Assembly: GCA_963779755.1 (NCBI GenBank)
Contig: CAVZZO010000003.1
Location: 1,312,001-1,376,000 of the forward strand
DNA: 64,000 nucleotides
Source: an uncultured Gemmatimonadales bacterium
GTDB lineage: Bacteria; Gemmatimonadota; Gemmatimonadetes; Gemmatimonadales; GWC2-71-9
Direction: 5' to 3'
Shown: positions 40,031-50,447 of the stretch, one piece after another
Numbering within the stretch: position 1 is the first letter of the stretch
Layout of the letters: the number at the start of each line of letters is the position of its first letter
Notes under the pieces: generated by a model
What the model was told of the DNA's origin: nothing
The model's database searches: none
Seen by the model: the letters and a program-made list of their open reading frames with translations, nothing else
Position numbers and translations under genes: made by a program

Positions 40031-42511
40031 ATGCAGTCATTCATCTCCGACATACGTTACGCGCTGCGCGGCCTGCGCAAGAGCCCCGGGTTCGCGCTTA
40101 CCGCCGTGCTCACGCTGGCACTGGGGATCGGGGCCAACACGGCCATTTTCAGCGTGGTGGACGGCGTGCTGCTCCGGCCCGCGCCCTTCGAGCACCTGGA
40201 CCGGCTCGCGATGATCTGGGAGACCGACCGGAACAGCGGGACGACGCATGAACCGGCATCCGTCCCCGACTATCTCGACTTCAAGTCCCGGTCACGGCAG
40301 TTCGAACGCCTCGCGGCCTTCCAAGGCGCCGAGGTCAACTTCACCCCCGATAACGGGCAACCCACGCGGCTGGCGGCGCTCGCGGTCACGCACGATTTCT
40401 TCGGGCTGACCGGCGTCCGCCCACTGGTCGGCCGGGGCTTCACCGCCTCCGAGGACGCGGTGGGCGGGCCCGGGGTAGTCATGATCGGCGAAGGGATGTG
40501 GCGGGAGTATTTCGCCCGCGACCCGGTCATCATCGGCCGGAGCATCCGGATCGACGGCGTGTCCCGGACGATCGTGGGTGTGGTCCCGGCCGACGCCGAT
40601 TTCGGCGTCTTCCAGATTCTCAAGTCCGCCGCCTACAGCCGCGCCTTCGCCGACCGCGGCGTCCGGGCCGACGTGCAGATCTGGGCTCCGCTCCGGCCCG
40701 ACCCGGCGAGCTCGCCGCGGGACACGCATCCCATCTTCGTGCTCGGGCGCCTCGCGCCGGCGGCGACCCTGTCCACCGGCCAGCAGGAGATGGCCGGGAT
40801 CGCCGCCGACCTCGAAGCGGCGTATTCCTCCAATGACGCCCGCGGCGTCATGGTCGAGCCCCTCGACCAGGTGGTGTTCGGGCCGGTGCGCCCGGCGCTC
40901 TACATCCTGCTCGGGGCGGTCGGGCTCGTCCTGCTGGTGGCCTGTGTCAATGTGGCGAACCTCCTGCTGGCCCGCGGAACCACACGCACCCGGGCCCTCG
41001 CCGTCCGCGCCGCGCTGGGCGCCGGCCGCGGCCGCCTGGCCCGGCAGTTCCTCCTGGAAGGCATCGTGCTGGCGCTGGCGGGCGGCGCAGCCGGGACGCT
41101 CCTCGCCGTCTGGGGCACGCGGGCCCTGCTCGCGATCGCTCCGGCGGACATCCCCCGCGTTACCTCCATCGGCGTGGATGCTCCGGTGCTGGGAGCGACA
41201 CTGGGCATCACCATTCTTGTCGGCCTGGTCTTCGGGCTGGTTCCGACGCTGCAGGCGACGCGCCTCGATGTGCAGCACGCGCTCAAGGTGGAGGGAGCGG
41301 GCCGGCTCGCCGGCGGGGCGGGAGGACGGATCCGCTCGATCCTGGTGATTTCGCAGCTGGCCCTCGCCGTCGCGCTGCTGGCGGGAGCGGGCCTCCTGAT
41401 CCGCAGCTTCTGGCGCCTCCAGGCGGTGGATACCGGGTTCCATACGGCGGGTGTGCTCAAGGCGGAATTCCAGCTTCCCCGCTCACGCTACCCGGTGGAC
41501 TTTTCCGTGTGGCCCAACTTCCGGGAGATGCACCTCTTCAACCGGCAGCTCCTGGAGCGCGTGGCGGCGCTTCCCGGCGTGCAGGCGGAGGCGATCGCCG
41601 GGAACGGTCCGCTGGATGCCGGGTTCACCAACTCGTTCGCGGTAGTCGGCCGCGAAGCCGAGGCGGAACACTGGCCCGAGATCTCGGTACGGCGGGTTAC
41701 CCCCGGGTACCTCCGGACGGTAGGCCTGGGCCTGGTGCGGGGGAGATCCTTCGAGGCCTCGGACGGAACCGCCTCGGCGCCGGTCGTGCTGGTGAATGAA
41801 GCGGCGGTCCGCCGGTTCTTCCCGGGGCGCGACCCGATCGGTGCGCAGATCCGGCTCTGGGGCAGTGCACGGACCATCGTGGGCGTCGCGGGCGATGAGC
41901 GCTTCCACGGCCTGGCGCAGGCGGCGCCGGCGGCGGTCTATCTCCCGCTGGCACAGGCGCCGTCGGTGGACGGCGCCGAGACGCTCCTGCTGCGCGTGAG
42001 CGGCAACCCGGCAGCCCTGGCCGCCGATGTGCGGCGGGCGATTCACAGCGTGGACCCCGCACTGGCGGCTTTCGGGGTCGAACCGCTGCGCCGGACATTG
42101 GAGCGGTCGGTAGGCAGCCGGCGCTTCACCATGGTCCTGCTCGGCCTCTTCGCCGCGCTGGCCGCGGCGCTGGCGGCCATTGGCATCCACGGCGTGCTGA
42201 GCTTCACCGTCGCCCGCCGCACCCGGGAGCTGGGCATCCGGGTCGCTTTGGGCGCGCGCGGGGGGCAAGTCATGGGACTGATCCTGCGTCAGGCACTGAG
42301 GCTGACCGGTGCCGGCCTCCTCATCGGCATCGCCGGCGCACTCCTGCTGAGCCGGCTTCTGCGGAGCCAGCTCTACGGCACCACACCGACCGATCCGCTC
42401 ACCTTTGTCATCGTGGCTGTGGTGCTGGGGCTGGTCGCGCTGCTGGCCGGCGCCATCCCGGCCCACCGCGCCACGCGGATCGATCCGATGACCGCGCTGC
42501 GAGAGGAGTGA
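40031..42511 (+). CDS. ADOP-like duplicated ABC permease 6
   Basis: Same architecture; ATG 40031 after GAAAGGAG. Confidence 0.92.
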   Translation: MQSFISDIRYALRGLRKSPGFALTAVLTLALGIGANTAIFSVVDGVLLRPAPFEHLDRLAMIWETDRNSGTTHEPASVPDYLDFKSRSRQFERLAAFQGAEVNFTPDNGQPTRLAALAVTHDFFGLTGVRPLVGRGFTASEDAVGGPGVVMIGEGMWREYFARDPVIIGRSIRIDGVSRTIVGVVPADADFGVFQILKSAAYSRAFADRGVRADVQIWAPLRPDPASSPRDTHPIFVLGRLAPAATLSTGQQEMAGIAADLEAAYSSNDARGVMVEPLDQVVFGPVRPALYILLGAVGLVLLVACVNVANLLLARGTTRTRALAVRAALGAGRGRLARQFLLEGIVLALAGGAAGTLLAVWGTRALLAIAPADIPRVTSIGVDAPVLGATLGITILVGLVFGLVPTLQATRLDVQHALKVEGAGRLAGGAGGRIRSILVISQLALAVALLAGAGLLIRSFWRLQAVDTGFHTAGVLKAEFQLPRSRYPVDFSVWPNFREMHLFNRQLLERVAALPGVQAEAIAGNGPLDAGFTNSFAVVGREAEAEHWPEISVRRVTPGYLRTVGLGLVRGRSFEASDGTASAPVVLVNEAAVRRFFPGRDPIGAQIRLWGSARTIVGVAGDERFHGLAQAAPAAVYLPLAQAPSVDGAETLLLRVSGNPAALAADVRRAIHSVDPALAAFGVEPLRRTLERSVGSRRFTMVLLGLFAALAAALAAIGIHGVLSFTVARRTRELGIRVALGARGGQVMGLILRQALRLTGAGLLIGIAGALLLSRLLRSQLYGTTPTDPLTFVIVAVVLGLVALLAGAIPAHRATRIDPMTALREE

Positions 42512-42516
42512 ATATC

Positions 42517-44949
42517 ATGCCGGCCTGGTTTTCCGACCTTCGCTACGCGTTGCGCACCCTCCGGAGAAACCCGGGATTCGCCTTCACCGCCGTGCTCACG
42601 CTGATGCTCGGCATCGGCGCCGCCACGGTGATCTTCTCCGCCGTCAATGCCGTGCTGCTGCGCCCCCTGCCCTACCGCGATCCCGACCGTCTGGTCTCGC
42701 TCTGGGAGCAGAACACGGAAAAGGGCTGGCACAAGAACTGGGTCTCGGGGGCGGACTACCTGGACTGGAAAAACCAGGCGAGGGCCTTCCAGAGCATGGG
42801 AGCCTACTCGGATTTCATCTCGGGAATGACCCTGACCGGTGAGGGTGAGCCGGCCTACCTCCGGTCCGGCAAGGTCGCCGGCGGTCTGTTCGACGTGCTG
42901 GGCGTGCAGGCTCAACTCGGCCGCACCTTTCGCGAGGGAGAGACCTGGCAGACCGGCTCGCCCGGTGTGGTCCTGAGCGATGCAGTCTGGCGGGCCCATT
43001 TCGGCGCCGATCCGGCGATCGTGGGCCGCTCCATTACGCTCGACGGCCGGCCCTATGAAGTGCTCGGGGTCCTTCCCCGCAGCTTTCGCTTCCCGGTGCC
43101 GGGGCAGGAAATCTGGACCAGCTTCAACTGGGATCCCGCAGATCGTGGCGCCACCTGGTTCCGGCGAGCCCATTTTCTCCGCGTGGTCGGCCGGCTGGCG
43201 CCGGGACATACCCGGGAGCAGGCGGGCAGCGAGCTCCCCGCCATCGCGGCGCGGCTGGAGCGGGAGTATCCCCAGACCAATCGCCTGACGGGTGCGGGTG
43301 TCACCGGCTACCATGACTGGCTGGTGGGGGACCGCCGCACGCCTCTGCTGGTGCTGATGGGTGCGGTGACGCTGCTGCTCATCATGGCGTGCGTCAATGT
43401 CAGCAACCTTCTGCTGGTCCGCGCCGCCGCTCGGCGCAGGGAAATCGCCGTGCGCAGCGCGCTGGGCGCCGGGCGGCGCCGGTTACTGCGCCTGTCGTGG
43501 TCTGAAACCCTGGTGATCGCGGTCGTCGGGGGCGCCGCCGGGTTCCTCCTGGCCTACTGGGGTGTAGCGGCCCTCAACGCGGCCCGGCCGGCGGACCTGC
43601 TGGACCTGGGCCCGATCAGGATCTCCTGGTCGGTGCTGGCGTTTAGTCTGGGGGCGACCCTGGTCTGCGCCTTCCTCTTCAGCCTGCTGCCCGCCCTGGC
43701 CACGGTCCGGGTGAACCACCGGGCCGCGCTGAAGGAAGGCGGGCGAAGCGAGACCGGGCGCGGATCGCTTCGGATGGGCCAGGTCCTGGTGTCCCTGCAA
43801 GTCGCGCTAGCGCTGCTGCTTATGGTCGGCGCCGGCCTCCTGGTTCGCACGGTAGAGCGGCTGCAGAGCGTGAACCCCGGCTTCCAGACAGCCGGCCGGC
43901 TTGCGGTGACGGTCTCCCTGCCGTCGGCCTCCTATCCCGATGACAGGGCCGTCGTCCTGCTCGAGGGGCAGTTGCTGGAGCGGCTCCGTCATCTGCCGGG
44001 CGTGGAGAATGCCGCCGCGGTTTCTTCCCTGCCGCTTACCCGTCTCTCCTGGACCAGTGATTTCTCGGTCCGCGGCCGCCCGGTCGAGGCGGTGGGGCTG
44101 GAGGTGGTCCACCGGGAAGTCAGCCCGGGATATTTCCAGACCCTGGGCGTTCCCCTCCGGGCCGGGCGCACCTTCGAGGGGAGCGATGCACCGGGCGGCA
44201 CGCCGGTCATTGTGATCAACGATGTCCTGGCCCGGAAGTACTTCGCCGGCGAGAATCCGCTGGGCAAGCAGATCGCCTTCGACCGGGTGCCGGATGAGCA
44301 TTCGCTCTGGTGGACGATTATCGGGGTGGTGGGAAGCGAGCACCAGGCGGAGCTGTCCCTCTCGCCCCGGGCCGAGATCTTTACGCCCATCACCCAGGAC
44401 ACCAGAAGCACACTGCGTTACATCGTCCATACGGCGGGAGACGATCCCATGGCCCTGCTGCCCTCCGTCCGGCGGGCGGTAGCCGCACTCGACCGCAACC
44501 TGCCGGTCTTCGATACCCGGACGCTGGACCAGGTGCGGGTGAGCGCGATGAGCCGGCAGCGCTTTCTCCTGCTCCTGCTGGGCGCCTTCGGAACCGCTGC
44601 CCTGGTCCTGGCTGCCGTGGGGGTCTTCGGCGTGGCCTCGCAGAGCGCCCGCCGCCGTACCCGCGAGGTCGGTATCCGGATCGCCCTGGGTGCCCCGGCC
44701 GGAGCAGTGGTCCGGCTGATAGCTCAGCGGGGTGTGCTGCTGGCGGCCGCCGGCATGGCCGCGGGACTGATCGCCGCGCTGGCCGGAACCCGGCTGCTGG
44801 GCGGAGTGCTGTACGGCGTCGCGCCCAGCGATCCGCTTACCCTCGCGGCCACGGCGGTGCTGCTCCTGTCGGCAGTGCTGGTAGCCACCTGGCTGCCGGC
44901 ATGGCGCGCCAGCCGGGTGGACCCGATGACGGTGCTGAGAGAAGAGTAG
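42517..44949 (+). CDS. ADOP-like duplicated ABC permease 7
   Basis: Same architecture; ATG 42517 after GAGGAG (alternative GTG 42508). Confidence 0.92.
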   Translation: MPAWFSDLRYALRTLRRNPGFAFTAVLTLMLGIGAATVIFSAVNAVLLRPLPYRDPDRLVSLWEQNTEKGWHKNWVSGADYLDWKNQARAFQSMGAYSDFISGMTLTGEGEPAYLRSGKVAGGLFDVLGVQAQLGRTFREGETWQTGSPGVVLSDAVWRAHFGADPAIVGRSITLDGRPYEVLGVLPRSFRFPVPGQEIWTSFNWDPADRGATWFRRAHFLRVVGRLAPGHTREQAGSELPAIAARLEREYPQTNRLTGAGVTGYHDWLVGDRRTPLLVLMGAVTLLLIMACVNVSNLLLVRAAARRREIAVRSALGAGRRRLLRLSWSETLVIAVVGGAAGFLLAYWGVAALNAARPADLLDLGPIRISWSVLAFSLGATLVCAFLFSLLPALATVRVNHRAALKEGGRSETGRGSLRMGQVLVSLQVALALLLMVGAGLLVRTVERLQSVNPGFQTAGRLAVTVSLPSASYPDDRAVVLLEGQLLERLRHLPGVENAAAVSSLPLTRLSWTSDFSVRGRPVEAVGLEVVHREVSPGYFQTLGVPLRAGRTFEGSDAPGGTPVIVINDVLARKYFAGENPLGKQIAFDRVPDEHSLWWTIIGVVGSEHQAELSLSPRAEIFTPITQDTRSTLRYIVHTAGDDPMALLPSVRRAVAALDRNLPVFDTRTLDQVRVSAMSRQRFLLLLLGAFGTAALVLAAVGVFGVASQSARRRTREVGIRIALGAPAGAVVRLIAQRGVLLAAAGMAAGLIAALAGTRLLGGVLYGVAPSDPLTLAATAVLLLSAVLVATWLPAWRASRVDPMTVLREE

Positions 44950-45272
44950 AAGGACTCAGGACCGAGGACTGAGCGGGAAGCTGCTACGAGGCGAGGGCCC
45001 GGGTTGCCGGCGCAGGCACCACCGAACCGGGGGGTGGCGGGGTGGTATCGGTGCTGCCGGAGCCGGCACGCCGGACCGAGCGCCGCGCGACAGAAGCCTG
45101 AGGACTGAGGACTGGGGACTGAGGACTGGGGACTGAGGACTGAGGACTGAGGACTGAGGACTGAGCGGAAAGCTCCGCCCTACCGCCATACGCCGGAAAG
45201 GACTCCAATGCAGTCTCTGCTCTTCGATCTCCGTTACGCGTTCCGCGGTCTGCGCAAGAGTCCGGGGTTCGC
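44908..45272 (+). repeat. ~365-bp direct repeat copy 1 (permease 3' end + hairpin element + (GAGGACT)n + next permease 5' end)
   Basis: Near-identical to 47626-47994. Confidence 0.92.
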
Positions 45273-47667
45273 CGCGGTTGCCGTGCTGACGCTGGCGATC
45301 GGCATCGCGGCGGCGACGGCCGGCTTCAGCCTGGTTAACTGGGTCCTGCTCCGGCCGCTTCCAGGAGTTCGCGGAGCAGAAGGATTAGGACTGGTCTGGA
45401 TAGCTCAGCGACTGCCCGGAGGCGGCATGCAGCCGAACGGACTGCTTCCCCCCGATGTAGCGCAGCTTTCCCGGCTGACCCCGGCGCTGACCGCGCTGAT
45501 AGGATACCAGGGAGGGGACGTGAATCTTGCGCTGCCCGGCGCGCCCCCGCGCAGGATGAACGCGACGTTCGCCATGCCCGGCTATTTCCAGGCGCTGGGC
45601 ACGCGTATGAAGATGGGCCGTGCGCTTGGTCCTGCCGATTACAGCGGTCGAACCGGCGCAGATGTGATGGTGATCAGCGACCATATCTGGCGTTCCCTGC
45701 TGGGGAGCACACCGGATATCATCGGCCGCCGCCTCGCGATCAACGGAATTCCGTTCAGTGTCGTGGGCGTCGCCGAGCGGGGATTCCGGGACATCAACCG
45801 GCTGGACCCGGTGGATCTCTGGCTACCCTCGCCCACCCTCGGCGTGGTGGCGCACTTCAAAGCGGAGTACCAGGGGCCGTCCGATCTGTACCAGTACGTG
45901 GCGCGCCTGTCACCCCGCGCGGACTGGGCAATCGCCGAACGCCAGCTGCAAGCGGCCATGCGGGGCATCGTTGTCGCGGCGCCGGACCGGTTTAATAACA
46001 GGACTACGGCCACGGTCTTCGCCGGCCTGGGTCTCCAGGCGCTGGGGCGCGACAGTATCGGATTCAGCCTGCGAGTCACCATGATCGTCGCAGGCCTCGT
46101 GCTGCTCGGCGCGTGTGCCAACGCCGGGAATCTCCTCCTGTTCCGCCGCCTGCAGCGCCGGGCCGACGGGGTCATTCGCCTCGCGCTGGGGGCCAGTCGC
46201 GCCCGTCTCTTCCGCCATCATCTGGCAGAGAGCGTGCTCCTGGGTCTGCTCGGAGCCATGGGATCTCTCCCCCTCCTCCCCATGGCACTACGCGGACTCG
46301 AGGGTCTTCGGGTGGGATGGTCCCCACTGGGGCACGTCAGCCTCGATTGGCGGGTCTTCGCTTTCGCGGCGGGCACCGGGCTCGTCGCGGCATTCCTGGC
46401 CGGGACGATTCCTGCCTGGCTGGGATCCCGGCTGGACCTCACGGCCGAGCTTAAGGAAAACGGCCCCGCGCAATCGTCGCGTGCGCCTCGGCTGCGGACC
46501 GCTCTGGTTGTCGTGCAGATCGCGGTCGCATTGACCATGGCGAGCGGGGGCTACCTGTTCGCACGGACACTGGAGAATCTCGCACACGTCCCGCTGGGGC
46601 TCGACCCCGATCAGGTAAGCGTCTTCTATGTGCGCCCAAAGGCAATGGGATACTCCCCGGAACGGACCCGGGCCTACCTGGCCTCGCTGGCGGCAGGCGT
46701 GCGTGCCGCTCCGGGGGTGCGGCAGGTTGCGCTGGCGGAGTTGACGCCCTTCCTCGGTATCTCTCATTCCGCCCAGCTGCACCGGGCCGGAGGATCGGCT
46801 GACGACGAAATCGAGGTGAATGTCAATCACGTGAGCCCGGACTATTTCAGTACCTTGCATATTGGCCGGGTCCGGGGACGAACCTTCAACGGTGCGGAGA
46901 TTGTTCCAGACAGCCAGGCGCCGCGGGTCATACTCAGCCGGTCTCTGGCGACGCGCCTGTTCGGGGCCGGGGACCCTGTCGGGCAGCTGGTCGCGTTCGG
47001 GTCGAGCCGGCCCTCGACCGCCACGGTGGTTGGGGTGGTGGAGGACAGCCGGTGGCTCGGGCCGCAGGAGGAAGCGGAACCCATGCTTTACGCTCCGCTG
47101 GGACAAGGTGAAGGCGGCGCGGCCTGGCTGGAGGAGGCGATGCTGCTGGCAAAGGGTCCGGATGCTGGCACGGTAGCTCGCGCGGTGCAACGCGCCGCCC
47201 GTGTGCTGGATCCCGGACTTCCCATCGAGCCCCGCGGCACCCTGCGGGAGGCGGTATCGGCCACAGTGGCAAGCCGCACCTTCTTCTTCCGCGTCGTGGG
47301 CACACTGGCCATCATCACCCTCGTCCTGACGGGGGTCGGCGTGTACTCCCTGGCGGCATTCGGCGTTGCCTCCCGGCGGCGAGAGTTCGGCATCCGCATC
47401 GCGCTGGGGGCGGACGCGGGGGACCTCCTGAGCGCCGTAATCCGGCCTGCCGCCTGGATGGTATTAGCCGGGGTGCTGGCCGGCACTGCCGGTGCGCTGC
47501 TTATCAACCGCCATATCCGGAGTCTCCTGTTCCGGGTGAGCCCGTTCGATGTCACGGCGTTCCTCGGGGCGGCCGCGCTCCTGACGATAATCGTGTTCCT
47601 GGCGAGCTATCTGCCCGCTCGCCGGGCCAGCCGGGTGGATCCGATGACAGTGCTGAGAGAAGAGTAG
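45208..47667 (+). CDS. ADOP-like duplicated ABC permease 8 (most divergent interior)
   Basis: Same architecture with deviant motifs ([19 protein letters not shown]); 819 aa. Confidence 0.9.
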   Translation: MQSLLFDLRYAFRGLRKSPGFAAVAVLTLAIGIAAATAGFSLVNWVLLRPLPGVRGAEGLGLVWIAQRLPGGGMQPNGLLPPDVAQLSRLTPALTALIGYQGGDVNLALPGAPPRRMNATFAMPGYFQALGTRMKMGRALGPADYSGRTGADVMVISDHIWRSLLGSTPDIIGRRLAINGIPFSVVGVAERGFRDINRLDPVDLWLPSPTLGVVAHFKAEYQGPSDLYQYVARLSPRADWAIAERQLQAAMRGIVVAAPDRFNNRTTATVFAGLGLQALGRDSIGFSLRVTMIVAGLVLLGACANAGNLLLFRRLQRRADGVIRLALGASRARLFRHHLAESVLLGLLGAMGSLPLLPMALRGLEGLRVGWSPLGHVSLDWRVFAFAAGTGLVAAFLAGTIPAWLGSRLDLTAELKENGPAQSSRAPRLRTALVVVQIAVALTMASGGYLFARTLENLAHVPLGLDPDQVSVFYVRPKAMGYSPERTRAYLASLAAGVRAAPGVRQVALAELTPFLGISHSAQLHRAGGSADDEIEVNVNHVSPDYFSTLHIGRVRGRTFNGAEIVPDSQAPRVILSRSLATRLFGAGDPVGQLVAFGSSRPSTATVVGVVEDSRWLGPQEEAEPMLYAPLGQGEGGAAWLEEAMLLAKGPDAGTVARAVQRAARVLDPGLPIEPRGTLREAVSATVASRTFFFRVVGTLAIITLVLTGVGVYSLAAFGVASRRREFGIRIALGADAGDLLSAVIRPAAWMVLAGVLAGTAGALLINRHIRSLLFRVSPFDVTAFLGAAALLTIIVFLASYLPARRASRVDPMTVLREE

Positions 47668-47994
47668 AAAGGACTGAGGACTGAGGACTGAGGACTGAGC
47701 GGGAAGCTGCTACGGGGCGAGGGCCCGGGGTTGCCGGCGCAGGCACCACCGAACCCGGGGGGTGGCGGGGTGGTATCGGTGCTGCCGGAGCCGGCACGCC
47801 GGACCGAGCGCCGCCCGACAGAAGCCTGAGGACTGAGGACTGAGGACTGAGGACTGAGGACTGAGGACTGAGGACTGAGGACTGAGCGGAAAGCTACCGC
47901 CCTACCGCCATACGCCGGAAAGGACTCCAATGCAGGCTCTGCTCTTCGATCTCCGTTACGCGTTCCGCGGGCTGCGCAAGAGTCCAGGGTTCGC
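47626..47994 (+). repeat. ~365-bp direct repeat copy 2
   Basis: Near-identical to 44908-45272; differs mainly in heptamer copy number. Confidence 0.92.
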
Positions 47995-50353
47995 TCTGAC
48001 TGTGGTGCTGACCCTGGCTCTCGGCATCGGCGCCAACACCACCATCTTCAGCGTGGTCGATGCGGTCCTGCTCCGCCCGCTGGAATACGACCGGCCGGAG
48101 CAGCTGGTTCAGATCCAGGCCCGCGATCCCCGGAGCGGCAAGGCGCTGAGCCAGCTCTCCTACCCCGACTACCGGGAACTGCGTTCCCAGGGCCGCACCA
48201 TCAGGTCGTTCGGGGTATTCCGCTACTGGCTCTTCAACCTGTCCGGCGACGAAGGATCGGAAGCGGTCCTGGGTATCTGGGCGGACGACAGTTTGTTCAG
48301 CGCCGCCCTGCATCTGCGGCCCAGGCTCGGCGCCCTGTTCGCGGGGGGCGGCGGACCGGGAAGCACCAGGCAGGCCCTCTTGAGCAACGGCCTCTGGCAC
48401 CGCCGGTACGGGGCCGACCCCCGGATTGTGGGGCGGACCATCCAGGTGGATGGCCTCCCCACCACGGTGGCGGGCGTACTCCCCGAGGGATTTCGCTTCC
48501 CTGAACTGGTCCCGGCGAACACGCCTCTCCCCACCCGTGAACCGGATGTCTATCTGCCCATCGGCCTGGAACCGGCCAACCACAACGATAGCGGGAACTA
48601 CAACTACTGGGTGCTGGGGCGGCTCGCCCCCGGCGTGGGATTGCCGGCCGCGCAGGGCGACCTGGCCGCCATCACCCGGCGGCTGGCAGAGCGATATCCC
48701 GACGAGGTGAATCGGACGCTGGTGGCGCAACCCCTGAAGACACGGGTGGTGGGCGACGCCAGGGAACCGCTGTTGGTGCTCTTTGGCGCGGTGGGGCTGG
48801 TGCTGCTGATCGCCTGCACCAACATCGGCGGCCTGCTTATTACCCGCCTCGCCGCCCGACAGCGCGAGTTCGACATCCGGGCGGCGCTGGGCGCATCCCG
48901 CCGCCGGCTGGCACGCCAGCTCGGGACCGAAGTGCTGGTGCTCGCGGCGCTGGGCGGCGCGGCCGGGGTCATCCTGTCCATCTGGGGCATCCATGCCGTC
49001 CGGGTGGCCGCGCCGGGCACCATTCCCCGGCTGCGTGAGGTGACGCTGAACTGGCGTATTCTGGCCTTTGCGATGGCGGCATCGGGCCTGGCGGCGGTGC
49101 TCTTTGGCGTGGCACCCGCTTTCCGGCCTCCCTCGGGAGAATCGGTCGTCCATGATACGGGGCGAATGAGCGTGGGGAAGGGCCACCGGCGCCTGAGGCT
49201 GGCACTGGTCGTCTCTCAGGTAGGGCTGTCGGTCCTCCTGCTCACCGGCGCCGGCCTGCTCTTCCGCAGCTTTATCCGGCTGGCCTCCGTGGATCCGGGC
49301 TTCGACGGCAGCAATGTGATCACCATGTTCTCCCTGCTGGCGCCGTCCCGGTATTCAGAGCTGGCTCCGGCCATTGCGTATCAGCGCCAGGTGCTTCAGC
49401 GGATCGAGGCACTCCCCGGCGTGAGCGCGGTCGGGACCGTCAATACCCTGCCCCTCAGCAACCTGGGCAGCACCAGCTCCATCTATATCGTCGGCCGCCC
49501 CATGCCCGGCCCCGGCAGCATGCCCGACGTAGGCAGCCGGAGCATCGGCGGTGACTACTTCAAGGTGCTCCGGATTCCGCTGGTAGCGGGTCGCCTCTTC
49601 TCACCGGGAGACACCCTGGGCGCTCCCGGGGTCGTGGTCGTCAATCAGGCCTTCGTACGCCGGTTCTTCCCGGGTGAGAATCCCCTGGGACGGAAGCTCG
49701 GACTCGACGGCAACGAGTGGACCATCGCCGGGGTGGTGGGGGACACCCGCGGCGTTGCGCTCGACTCCGCAGCCGTGCCGGAGGTGAGCTATCCCTATGA
49801 TCAGGCACCCGGGCCCGTGATTACGCTGGCGATCCGCACCCGCGACGCTCCTCGCGCACACCTGACCGCCATCCAGCGAACCCTGGCAGCGATCGATCCG
49901 GAGCAGTCCTTCTATGCCGTGCGGACCATGCCGGAACTCATGGCCAGCTCTCTGGCGCAGCGGCGGTTCAATCTCTGGCTGCTGGGCGGCTTCGCGGTCG
50001 CGGCGCTGGCACTCGCGGCATTGGGCCTCTATGGCCTGATCGCCTATTCCGTACGCCAGCGCACCCGGGAGATCGGCATCCGCATGGCCCTCGGCGCCGA
50101 CCGGCGGGGAGTGCTCTCGCTGGTGCTGCGGGAGGGCATGCTGCTCACGCTGACCGGCCTGGGACTGGGTCTCCTCGCCGCCGTGCCGCTCTCCCGGCTC
50201 CTCGCGAGCCAACTGTACCATACCGCCCGACTCGATCCGGTGGCCCTGGGTTCGGTGGTGGCCATCTTCGCATCGGTGGCGGGCCTTGCCAGCCTGCTCC
50301 CCGCCCGGCGCGCCGCCCGGGTGGACCCGATGACGGTCCTGCGCGAGGAGTGA
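47930..50353 (+). CDS. ADOP-like duplicated ABC permease 9
   Basis: Same architecture; 807 aa. Confidence 0.92.
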   Translation: MQALLFDLRYAFRGLRKSPGFALTVVLTLALGIGANTTIFSVVDAVLLRPLEYDRPEQLVQIQARDPRSGKALSQLSYPDYRELRSQGRTIRSFGVFRYWLFNLSGDEGSEAVLGIWADDSLFSAALHLRPRLGALFAGGGGPGSTRQALLSNGLWHRRYGADPRIVGRTIQVDGLPTTVAGVLPEGFRFPELVPANTPLPTREPDVYLPIGLEPANHNDSGNYNYWVLGRLAPGVGLPAAQGDLAAITRRLAERYPDEVNRTLVAQPLKTRVVGDAREPLLVLFGAVGLVLLIACTNIGGLLITRLAARQREFDIRAALGASRRRLARQLGTEVLVLAALGGAAGVILSIWGIHAVRVAAPGTIPRLREVTLNWRILAFAMAASGLAAVLFGVAPAFRPPSGESVVHDTGRMSVGKGHRRLRLALVVSQVGLSVLLLTGAGLLFRSFIRLASVDPGFDGSNVITMFSLLAPSRYSELAPAIAYQRQVLQRIEALPGVSAVGTVNTLPLSNLGSTSSIYIVGRPMPGPGSMPDVGSRSIGGDYFKVLRIPLVAGRLFSPGDTLGAPGVVVVNQAFVRRFFPGENPLGRKLGLDGNEWTIAGVVGDTRGVALDSAAVPEVSYPYDQAPGPVITLAIRTRDAPRAHLTAIQRTLAAIDPEQSFYAVRTMPELMASSLAQRRFNLWLLGGFAVAALALAALGLYGLIAYSVRQRTREIGIRMALGADRRGVLSLVLREGMLLTLTGLGLGLLAAVPLSRLLASQLYHTARLDPVALGSVVAIFASVAGLASLLPARRAARVDPMTVLREE

Positions 50354-50447
50354 GGCCCCGATGGAAAGGGAAGACAGAAGGGGTGAGGCGTGACACGCCG
50401 GACGCCTCACGCCTTACGCCTCAATGCCTCACGGGACAAGGGACCCC

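Noticed and set aside
37076..47886. CRISPR array interpretation of the junction repeats
   Set aside because: No constant 23-50 bp repeats with unique equal-length spacers, and no cas genes
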